From Amphiscolops sp. MND2022 (taxonomy: Eukaryota), in NCBI GenBank assembly GCA_964187785.1, contig OZ076412.1:64728001-64792000 (forward strand): 64,000 nucleotides of DNA, in the 5' to 3' direction. Under the pieces are notes generated by a model. It worked only from the letters and a program-made list of their open reading frames with translations, was not told where the DNA came from and did not search any database. Positions 12,323 through 22,799 of this stretch are shown piece after piece. The position numbers and the translations under genes are program-made. How positions within the stretch are numbered: the stretch's first letter is position 1; every line of letters begins with the position of its first letter.

Positions 12323-13340
12323 GTCCTGCACTTTTAAACGACAAGCGAGCAGCTTCAAAACCATCAATGAATGCACGGGATCTTACACCGCGGTCTCTCA
12401 CTGTCTCGGCGTCGTAGGCGGTTGTTATTAGGTACTCGCCCAAACTTTCCAATGATATTTGATCATAGCATTTTCCACACCAATCGCAAAAACCTGCAAC
12501 GTGTGGCATTACAGTTGGGAACAATCTATGCATCTGTCTTTCACTAGTCGGGATCAGCAGTAAATTGGAACTGTGTTCCACAATGAAGGGAAATTGAACA
12601 CTTGTTGATTATTCGTAACAGGGGCTTGCTGAGGAATGTCCATTCTTCCCCCGATTGGAGGTGTTTGTATCATCAGTGGAGCATTGTTGTAGACTGCCAT
12701 TTTTTCAGCCGTTGGTGGGTTCACATTGGTAGGGATGATCATTTCTTGCCGGTTTGAGTTGCTTGGGTAGATCGTTTGCTGATGATTGTAAAAAACGTTG
12801 AGCGGTGGCATTTGGAAATTACTTGCGTTAGCCACAAAATTTGGTGGGTCGGTCGCAGCAGGCCTGTTCACTGGTACACTCCTTTGAGAATTGTCACAGG
12901 GAGTTGGCAAAATTGAAGCTGTCGGCCTCCCATAACTGTTTGTTGAACTTTCTGCCCTGTGCAGAGGCTCCCACGGTGACATTGGGGAATCTTCTAGGTC
13001 AGCGTTAATGAATGAGGTTGATGGGGACTCGAAATTGTGTTGGTCTTCCTCCATTAAATCCACTAATTGGCGCTCAATTCGGGTCCCAGAGATGTCGATT
13101 ATCTCGTCCTCGTCTGTTCTTCTCGTTTGGGGTGGGGAACAGGGAAGCTGTTGCCGCTCCCATGAAGGCAGTCAAGACATCTGATCGAGGGCCACCCGGT
13201 CTGAATCGGTCCTCAGTTTCTGACAGATCTCCCGGATGAACAATGCATTCATCACCCGAGTCACTTGAGACGTCGATCACAGCGGTGGACAACGATGGTA
13301 GCCTTAATTCATCCTCAAGATTCAATTGTAGGTTATCCAT
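12276..13340 (-). pseudogene. Accessory ORF of element A (sense to pol), ~350 aa when two frameshifts are corrected; disordered N-terminus, C-terminal CxxC domain
   Basis: ORFs 13074-13340, 12554-13063 and 12276-12581 abut or overlap in different frames. The C-terminal part reads GFCDWCGKCYDQISLE..YL..TAYDAETVRDR..RSRAFIDGF, and the stop codon lies inside the 3' LTR. Confidence 0.6.
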
Positions 13341-14250
13341 GGGTTGCGTATAGTTAAATAACTCCGAGAGAATGGAATTTATGGATTTTACTCGTTTGGA
13401 GCTATTTCACATCAGATTAAGTTCTGTTTCAGATGGGTTACGGTTTCTCAATTTGCTGTGAGTTCTTATGGTGGTTTTCTTATCCGCTCCAGTTGACTGC
13501 GATGATTCCCGCGAAAAAGGTTTGGGGTCGTGATTTTTGTCTCATCTCCCATCCTTATATAGAGTTTAAGGTGATGCGGCCTTGTATTTCAAAGAGATGA
13601 GATTGATCTGCTTCCGTCAATGAGGTGTAAACAATTCAGTTTCAAGTGTTTCTCTCAGTTTCATCTTGTAAAATTATCACTCTTGTTGCTCTCTAGTTCA
13701 TTAAATCGATATTTTAAATGATTTATCAACAATTTCCTTCCTATTTCGGGAAGATGAACTAAGTTTACAATACAACTTTCATTCATGGCATTTTGAACAG
13801 GGTTAATACATCCAATATTACATGAGTAGGTTGAAAGAACATTATGAAATTTGTAAAAAGAAAGGTTTAGAGCATGCTAACTAAATATTCGAACATTAGT
13901 TCATCTGTCTCACATATTCATGGCATCACTGGTCCTGCACTTAAAAAGTGCGTTAGGGGTATGTAAATTGTGATTTATCTCACATACTAATCCCATAATG
14001 GGATCAAAATATGCAATTTTTGAACATCAATTGATAATATTTTCTGGCAAATTTGGACATGGATATCTTTACATACGTCTAATGATGATGGTTGCCTTTT
14101 AGTTAACCATTTTTCTAAAACAAGTCTGCCTTAATCACATGTATTGCACATCTTGCCACGTAGTATTACTTGGCTTTAAGCTGGCAAGAATGAATTCTTT
14201 TACATCATTTTTTCATTAACTATTTCTTTCTTCGCTGTCCGCAGCTGTAT

Positions 14251-14381
14251 GTGATTCCGCATGATGCCGCAAACTCGGCATCTGTAATTCCGCATGATGC
14301 CGCATATTCGACATCTGTAATTCCGCATGATGCCGCATAATGTTCTATCTGGAATCCACAATTCCGCGTGATGCCGCATAT
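14251..14381. repeat. 33-bp tandem repeat (3 units plus 1 partial), core ATTCCGCATGATGCCGCA
   Basis: Units start at 14251, 14284 and 14317, with a partial core at 14361. Confidence 0.9.
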
Positions 14382-14824
14382 TTTATATGGTAATACTGTG
14401 TAGCAGCCACGTGCTCTTTTCGTTCACTCTTGCTTGTAATGAGAATGGGTGATAAGTCACTCGTTTACGTAAATTATGTAATCTTTCACTCTGGCAGAAG
14501 TGATTGACATTTAATCGACCAATCAGATTTGAGCATCATTCTATTTTTGTGTACTATATCTGTCACAATTTGCTCTTTTGCCTGTACTTGTACGCCACGC
14601 CTTTCATGCTATCATATTTGAGTATTTCTTGAAATCTAATTTCTTTCAGTCTTTCTGTATTTTTGAGTATTCAGAGTCAAAATCAAAGTCTTTTCTCATC
14701 ACCCTTCAATCTTCCTGGACTCCCATACTTCCTTACTCCATTGCCAACATTTGAATTTTGTCTCTTCATTGTTCGTGAAACTATATTCTGTCATTATTCA
14801 ACTTCGTCACCCTCAGCCTGCAAA

Positions 14825-17800
14825 TGGAGTCTGGTAGCCGGAGAAAATCTCGCAAGGATCAAATTACGAGGCGACAAACTGCTGCATGGGGATACAAATC
14901 TCCTACTGAGACTTCTCCTGGTTAGTTCAAATTCTGATTTCATTTTGATTTATAAAAAGGTTTGTTTGTTCGGAGGATTTATCATGCAAATCTGGCCAGG
15001 CTCGCAATCAAAAGTAACTATTCTGTGATAGCTACCTTTTTAATTTTTCTCAAAACAAATTCGTTTCGAGTTGGTTTAGGGCGGAAGTAGAATGTTTCAT
15101 TTCTTTCACCGCGTCCGGTTCAGATGCAGTCCAAACTACTTCCTGTGATGTTTCTGCTTTTGCTTCCGCTTTTAGGAGTTAATTGTTTGTTCCAGTTGAA
15201 CTAGGAGCTACTCAAAAATCTGCGTCTCTATCCCCAACAAAAATTTATACGCCTCTTCAAGTTGTCGAAGCGGCTCAGATCTGTTATTCTAACCCGGATT
15301 TTCTCCAACAAACCTCAGCTGTAGATAATAATGACGGGATTGAAAATATTTCTCTAGCCAATCTAGCTGAATTCCCCAGTTTCGGGCCACTTTTTCTTCC
15401 TAATTCCGCTGATACAGAACAGGATATCCCTACTGAAGAAATAGTACTGTCAGACCAGGAGACTCCAAAAATGAGTGCTTACAATTCGCTTTTACGTCAA
15501 ACTCCCCCCGTTGTTAACAAGGAGCGAGAAACGGCTACAAATACGACCACTTCCCCACGTTTTGCCGAGTTTCTGCGCGCCCCTCGAGGATCCACCGGTC
15601 CTGTCGTTAAAACCAAAATTGTGGAAGTTGATACTCCCCTCAGTTTTGATGTAGAAGGGGCAGAACCTAAGATTGGGGGGACACGAGAACCTGTTGAACA
15701 CGCAGAGAGCCATGATCTGGAAGCGCATCTATCCACTGATTCCTTGAGTTGCCTTTGGGGAGAAACTAATAGGGAGATGGTCCAGCAAGTCACTATTACT
15801 CGGCAAGAAGCAATTGCTCTGACAATTGCACTTGACAAGATTCCTCGCACAGCATTGCAACGAGACAATCAAGACCTGGCAGATGACATTACACTGAATG
15901 TAGTTGACAAATCGACAAAGACAGTTAAACCAGATGGACGAAATGGCGAACAATGAGGTTCTGCTGAAGTTCCTACTGGAGATACAAGGCCCAATTCGAG
16001 CTCTGATGATAGGCTGGTTTTACGAGGCAAGAGGCGAAGGCCAACCACCGCCATGCTCAAGAAACATCCTGTGGTGTAATACGTCGCAGCCGGCCCAATC
16101 GATAGATATAAAGTCCTTACAAATAGTGTTGTCGAGTGTGTAGGATTGAACTGACCCTAATGAGCAGAGGAGTGCTTGAATTGTTGTCACACTTCCCAAC
16201 TGAAACTCATCAGCTAAAAGAACATCGAATACGCCTCGAGACACCCGGACTGCCATTGTACGACCAGAACGAAAATGACTTCTAAGCTATGAGAAGGGCT
16301 AAGAGAAGGGCTAGAGAGTCACATCCCATTGCTCCCCAATTGGATAGTTGTCGCCTGCTCGTGGGTCAAGACATGCTGCCTGAATTTGGTTCGACGACAA
16401 GCCCGAGTGAAAGCGTTCTAGCCCAAATTTGCAAACTAGAACATGGACTCCGACACGGCTGGCATATCGATCTTCTACTCGGCATTTGAGAAGACATGAC
16501 GCGGCAGTGCCCAAACTTCCACTTACAACTGGGGCAAACACCGGCTCTATGTAAGTATTTTTTTTTCGTCTATTGCTTCATCGTTTTCTCCAACTTGTTT
16601 TCTTTAAAAAGTTTTCTTGTTAAAGCCATCATTGCCTACATGTTTCGTGAGCTAATGCACTACTGCGTAGTTACAACTGGCATCACTGGAATCTGCTCAC
16701 TATCTTATCAAAACTCTTCTACTGCCAATTACCTTTACTTGAACTTTTGGTCAGGCAACATTTATTACCAAGTCTGTTTGGGATCAGGACCACATGGAAT
16801 TCTTCTTCCCAAAAAGAAAATTGCACTGGTTCCGTCCTATTTAGGCTTGTTCGAGTCGCCACCCAGCTGCCTTAGCCTGATTAATTTCGATGAGCGACTT
16901 GGGGCAAGTTTGATCGCCTCACTTCCTGGAAGACAGCGACCCATGGCTGTTTCTGGATTTGGCCCCATGGAGCTGGAAAAATGTCTTGCAATGCCAACTT
17001 CCCGCATTCTCGAAAAACACGATTTCAGGACAATTTTGGACTTCCTATTAATGAAGTTGAGGGCAACTCTTGACCAAGAATGGTTGCAAGCACTTCGAGT
17101 TCTCCACAAGGTATGGTATTTATTTCATTTTGTATCAAAATAAGTATTTTGTTTCATTGGCAAACTCAATTCTTTTATTTTGCAGTGTGTATTGCAATTG
17201 TCTTACAATCTGGAAGAGGCATCAACAGTTATTGCTCTACTCTCTACCACCTAAATCGGATTTCTCGTCTGCCAGCTTTCCGGTTCCATATGAGAGAGGT
17301 AATGACTCATCTCAAACTTCCTTCCTTCTATTTCTGTGAGATCGTACAATCATTGACTTTTACTGTTTTAGCCCAGTACCCAAGATGAGTGCTTCAGGCT
17401 GGACACTGCCTATCTTGCCAGGCTGTTTGTCATCCAATGTGTACTGGATCACTGTTAGTATTAGTTTGTTTTTCTAAGAGGTGGTTTTTTGGTATGGGCA
17501 ATATTTGTTTCTAATACTCCGTTTTTTGAATTCTTTCATTTTTCTTCACAGTTCGTTTTTCCAAAAGCACACTTTCTGTCTTCTCTACTCTCTAATTCTT
17601 TTAGGAGTGAAACTGGCATTACCGTAGTATGCCATATATACGTCACTCTGATTTCCGCGTATTGCTGCACATGCGGTATTCTCTTTTCCGCAGTCTACCG
17701 CATAGTCACTGTTCAGTTCGGCTGCTTTTCTCATACTTTCAGTATGATGCCGCGTATGTGGTGTTCTTACTCTCGCGTAAAGCCATATGATCATAGTCTA

Positions 17801-18875
17801 GCTTTTATAAACATCATACGTTCCCCGTATAATAATGTATATTCGTTTTCCTTTTGTTTCAGATACTTCATCTTTTTCTGAATCTGACTCAAGTTATGGA
17901 GCTGGGTTTCGGTTATTCAACCAGTTTGCTGTATTTGTTTATAGCCAGCTCCAAAACATTCTTCCGGACAGTCTTCTTGGCAGTATCTCTGATTGGGATA
18001 GTTACTTGAATTTGGATCTCACCCAACCAGATCTCCCGTTCAAAATTGCCGACGATTTTGTCCTGAATTCTGACTTCCACCAACTTGTTATGTCAGGTAA
18101 ATTACCAAGGCCGAGCAAGTTTGTCGACCAATCTTATGCTTTTTATAAAGCTTTCTGCCGCATTCTGTTACAGCACAAGATTGTGAAATCAGATCTGATC
18201 AGGGGATTATCTTGCTTCGACTCCGCCATGATACTTGATGGGGAGAGGACCGTTAAGTGCCTGCAGTAGAGCAGCTAACAAGTTACATTGCTTCGCACGG
18301 AAGTATAACTGCAGGTGACAAAACAAAGGCAGTCAGCCAGTACAGGGCCCTGGTAGTCAAGTTTCGTTCTTTTCAAGTTGATCGGACAGTCGATTGGTTT
18401 ACATACCTTTCTGGCCACTATGAGTTACACAGTCGACCAGAACTGCATCAGGTGTTCAAATACGCTTGCCTCTGTCTTCCACCAGTGGCGAAAACTCCTG
18501 TTCGCTTCGTGGTACCCATTCCTGAATTCGGTCCTGACGAGGAAATGTTCCAGTCCTGCGTAACTAGCATTCAGGTGTCATACGCGACGGTGCCCAATGA
18601 ATCCAGCCTTTTTCGTGATCCTCGGTCAATTAGTCGCGTCTTTCGGTTACTGGGAAAAGTGCAAGAATCTTCTGAGCGATCGAAAGTTCTCAATGTGGAA
18701 CTTCCTTAAAGGCAGTGGACCCAGATGGGCTAAATTACAGGCAAAGCTTGAAAATTCTTATAAAGGTGTGGTTGCCAGAAGAGAGGACGTGCTGCTTGCT
18801 GTTGATTCTGATGCTCCATCTGGTAGTCGTTCGTCTAGTAATGCAACGCTAGTTCTCCGGTACCAAAAACTTTGA
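14825..18875 (+). pseudogene. Antisense, multi-exon accessory gene of element A; C-terminus resembles the hAT transposase helical C-terminal region
   Basis: Long plus-strand coding blocks at 15196-16550, 16612-17110, 17186-17298, 17372-17453 and 17863-18875 are separated by AT-rich GT..AG segments of 61, 75 and 73 bp (16551-16611, 17111-17185, 17299-17371), and further candidates of 98 and 86 bp (17454-17551, 17777-17862). The last ~300 aa are homologous to the antisense ORFs of element B (63037-64000). The copy carries several stops and frameshifts. The 5' exons and the ATG near 14825 are tentative. Confidence 0.7.
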
Positions 18876-19143
18876 CTGGTAAAGCTACTTTGTCACTGCC
18901 GCGTTGTGTCAGAGGAGCAAAAGATGACAAGGAGAGTAAAGGGAAAAGTGGCAAGCAAGAGAAGGCTTGATTTTAAACCGATCTTCAACCTTTATGTTTT
19001 TCAACTGTTTATTTATAAGTTGTTTCTTTTCTGATGCGTTCCATTTATCTTTGTATTTTATTGGTAAACGCAGCAACAAAATACTGGGAGTATAAAACCA
19101 GTAAAGAAAAAGATGAGAGAATAGTTTTGTTTGAAAGTTGTTT

Positions 19144-22100
19144 TTAGTATCTATATGTGTCAGAGTAATTTGGGTTAGGGTTAGGACGTAAGTTGTATTT
19201 ATCACCACGGGTATTTATGGGTTCTTCTTGTGATGGGGTATTTTGTGGGTTTTCTGGGGTTTTTTGGATATCATCATCAAATGAATTATTTGTATCTTTT
19301 TGAGTTTTTTGGGTACTTTGATCATCTTCAATGATTCGCTGTGGTATTTCATTTTCATGGTTTTCATCCGGATCAGTGGTCTGTTTCTCTAGGCTCCCCC
19401 TACTATTTTTTGAAGATCCTGGGGAGGGTGAGCTGTTTTCTTCGGGTATTTGAATTGGGATGTATTCTGTGTCCTCAGTGTTTAGTGAATGTTCCGAAGG
19501 ACCATCGTCAAAAGGGTTTGAACCGAAATTCGTGTTCCATGATTGGGCATATAGATCATCAATTGTGATAGGCATTTGGTCATCGTTTCGCCAATCAGTT
19601 TCACGAACAAAAATGTCTGCTAAAGGCGCTTGCGGAGTGAATTTCCGCAGGCGAATCCTATGTAGTAGTTGCGTTTTGTTAGTCCCAAGTCTCCTAACAA
19701 TGTAGTTTTTGTTAGGGAGCACTTTTTCTACTTTATGTGGCTCAGACCATCTGAATTCTCGGAATGGTATTTTTGTCGCTTGAGTATCAGCCTTGGGGTT
19801 AAGAATGTAGGAGTAATCCGTTGTTTCGAGCGGAGCTGCTTTCGGTTTGCGATCACAGTAAGCTTTGTATTTAAGGTAGGATTGCATGATGTTCTTCTTG
19901 GTTTTTATCTAGAAGGATTTTCATGCGTTTTTGAATTTCATCCGCTACATCTACTTGAGGTTTGTATTTTTTATCCTATTGTTTGGGCATGTTTCATTGT
20001 TGCGTGCTTCAATTCAATTCCAAGTACTGCCGCAATTTCGTGAGTTACTTGTGCATTTAATTGAGTGCCTAAGTCCGTGATTATCGTTGTTGGGAGGTAT
20101 GTGTGTTTGCATAGGATGTCCATGATGACTCTTGATACTGATGTCGCAGTAATACGAGTTACAGGGTAGGCAAACAATTATTTTTAGAAGACATCTATTG
20201 CTGTGATGATATGATCATAGCCTCCATTAGGGGGAAGGTTTGGTAGAATGTCCATTTGGAAAATTTCTTCCGGACCGAGATCCCATTCCGGACAATTAAG
20301 GAGTTCTGTCCTTAGGAAATCATTGTTTATGCGTTTCGTTTGGATGCAGATTTGGCAATTACTAACCTTGATGAAATTTTCAATGTATTTTGCTAAACAT
20401 GGGTAGTAGTATTTTTGTCTTGCTTCTTGGATCATTTTCGTGATTCCTGGATGGTTTGAATTATGACCATGTAAAGCTTGAAGGAATTCATCCAGGAGTT
20501 GGATTGGTAGAAAGATTTGGTAGTGAGGTATAGTTCCAGTATCAGTGTAGTATTTACGTGTTAGAACTTCCTGTTTAATCTCTATTCGTGTTATGTTCTG
20601 TAAGTAGTGCTGGTATCGGTAGTCTGGTGCTAGTTCATTCTCGTCAAAAGGGTTTCCTTTTAGTTTTGCTCGGAGGTTTCCTAGGACTATGTCGCTATTC
20701 TGCTCAAGCCCGATTCTTGCATTATCCTTAAAGTATCCTGAAGAGCAGGAGATCAGTCCTGATGTAGGTTTGTGGAATTGTTGTAGCTCAGAAACTGCGT
20801 TTTCTGGCTCATTGTGTGTTTCAGTTTGGGCTTGATTACGAATGTTTTGTTTTTCTTCCCATAATTGATTTTCGTCAATTTCAGCATCTGGGAGGACATA
20901 GATTTGTTCTTGTTCGACGATACCGGATGATTGAATATTCACTTCAATCGATTTCGTGTGAATGTGGTTGCGAATGGTCATTTCCAGTTTTTCCGTTGGA
21001 TCGACTTCCGTTCTAGATAGGAAATCGACAGCGGTGTTCATTGTTCCAGCTACATGAGCGATCACGAAATTGTTTTGCAATACATAATCGCAGGCATTCC
21101 AAAGTGCTGGAGTGATCATTTTCGTTTGGAAAAATCGGGTTACAGATCGATTGTCTGTAAACACGAGTACTGGGAAGGTACTACCCCACATGAGTTGTCC
21201 AAATTCAACAAATGCAAAGTATATTGAAAGAAACTCCTTTGCATAAATTGACATTTCTGTCTGTGTAGGATCGAAAGTTTTTGAACCAAAAGCTATGGGT
21301 GCATATGTTTTGCATTTGGATTGGAGCTTCTGGTTTGGGTCGTCTCCGATCATGATAGCATATCCTCCTGCTGCTGTGAAACTTGCATCAGACATAACTA
21401 TAAGTTGCTTGTTTTTCAGTGGTTGTTTTAATGCTAACTGGCAAGAATTTTCTAGGAGTTTGTTGAGGTTTGCGAAGTCTTCTACCAAATTTGTCGGTAT
21501 ATAGAATTTGGAAGTTTCTTTGAGGAGTTTGAAGAACGGCGAAAGCTGTTCCGAAAGGCGTGGTATGTAATTTCGATAATAGTTTAAAAATCCGATAAAC
21601 CTCTGTAACGCCTTTTTTGTTTCGGAAAGCGAAGTTTTGAGAGGAAATCCTTTACTTTGTCGACTTGAGGGGCAACTCCATCTGGTGTGATTGTGCGTCC
21701 CAGAAAGTCGACTTGTTTGACTCCGAAGTGGCATTTTCACATGAAGAGTTTTAGTCCTGCATTGCGTATGCATTCAAAAACAGTTTTGATAATCGTACAC
21801 AGTTGTTTTGTGTCATTTGCCGCGTTGCCAATGTCATCGACATACTGTGCACATTGGTCCGCTTTAATTGCTCTGTCCAGGTACTCTCTCATAAAGCTTA
21901 AAAATGCAGAAAGTGATATGCTGAGACCCTGGGCAAGGCGACGATAAGCGAATGTTCTACTTGCAAAATTGAAAGCGAGCATTTGAGTGGATTGGTAATC
22001 TGCCATCTGTAGGCAGTGGTAAGCCTGGGAGCAGTCCAATTTGCAGAAAAACTTTTTCCATGCAATATGTTGGGCTGCGTCCGATAGGGTGCTTACTGGG

Positions 22101-22472
22101 TGGTTGTTTTTGACGTAATCTTCTGTGATGAGATTGTTGATTTTTCGTAGGTCAACAGGGAGTCTGAGCCGCCCGTTGGGTTTGCGTTGCGCAAATATTG
22201 GTCTGGCGTATTTAGAAAAAGGTAGTGTTGTAAGGACCAGTTTCTTTTATTGCTTCATTTGCTAGCAATTTGATTTTATTGAGGTCTTTTTCAGAGATTG
22301 CACTTGTAAGGGCTCCGGTATTAATAAGACCATCAAGTGTGAGTTTTTCGAAGTCCATTGGAATGTAGTACTTGTGGCATTTTCGCTTCAATGTCAAAAA
22401 GGTTGAGATTGGAAGATATGACAAATTTCGTTCTTTGTCAAATTGTATGTGTTCAGAGAGGTCTTCGTTCAA
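19144..22472 (-). pseudogene. pol: Element A pol (PR, RT, RNase H, IN), disrupted, with a large deletion between PR and RT
   Basis: PR reads LDGLINTGALTSAI (catalytic D changed to N) and is joined directly to the RT start at ~22215. RT contains KLDCSQAYH and AQYVDDIG. RNase H contains SDASFTAAG, YAKEFLSI and TDNRS. IN contains HGHNSNHPG..CQIC, MDILP and TDLGTQ. The tail ends YNLRPNPNPNYSDTYRY* at 19144. Confidence 0.95.
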
Positions 22473-22799
22473 TAAGGGTTGTTTCTGATCATCGCAAGAA
22501 GTTTTTATTGTGACATGGTTTTTGATGGGAGTTTCGTGGCGAAAAACCGAGTTTAAGTCTGTTTTAGGGTGGGTTGGTTGTTTTGTGAAGTAGTTGTCTG
22601 GTGCGTCTTGAAAGAGTTCATATAGTTCTCCTGGTGAAGTTTCCAGTGTTGATTGTTGAGAATTTTTTGTTGTTGATTCAGTGTCAAAGGCTGGTGTTTT
22701 TGTGGGATTTGGACTCAGATGATGCTGCCAGTCATCGGCTGAGTTTGGTTTTTGTGGCGATTTGGTGTAAAGGCGTGGCGTTTCTAGTTTAAATCCTTC

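Noticed and set aside
16496-17143. env-like gene with a transmembrane segment in element A
   Set aside because: The hydrophobic stretch (YFFFVYCFIVFSNLF) is read-through of the 61-bp intron 16551-16611. The gene is antisense to pol and has no signal peptide, furin site or C-terminal TM helix.
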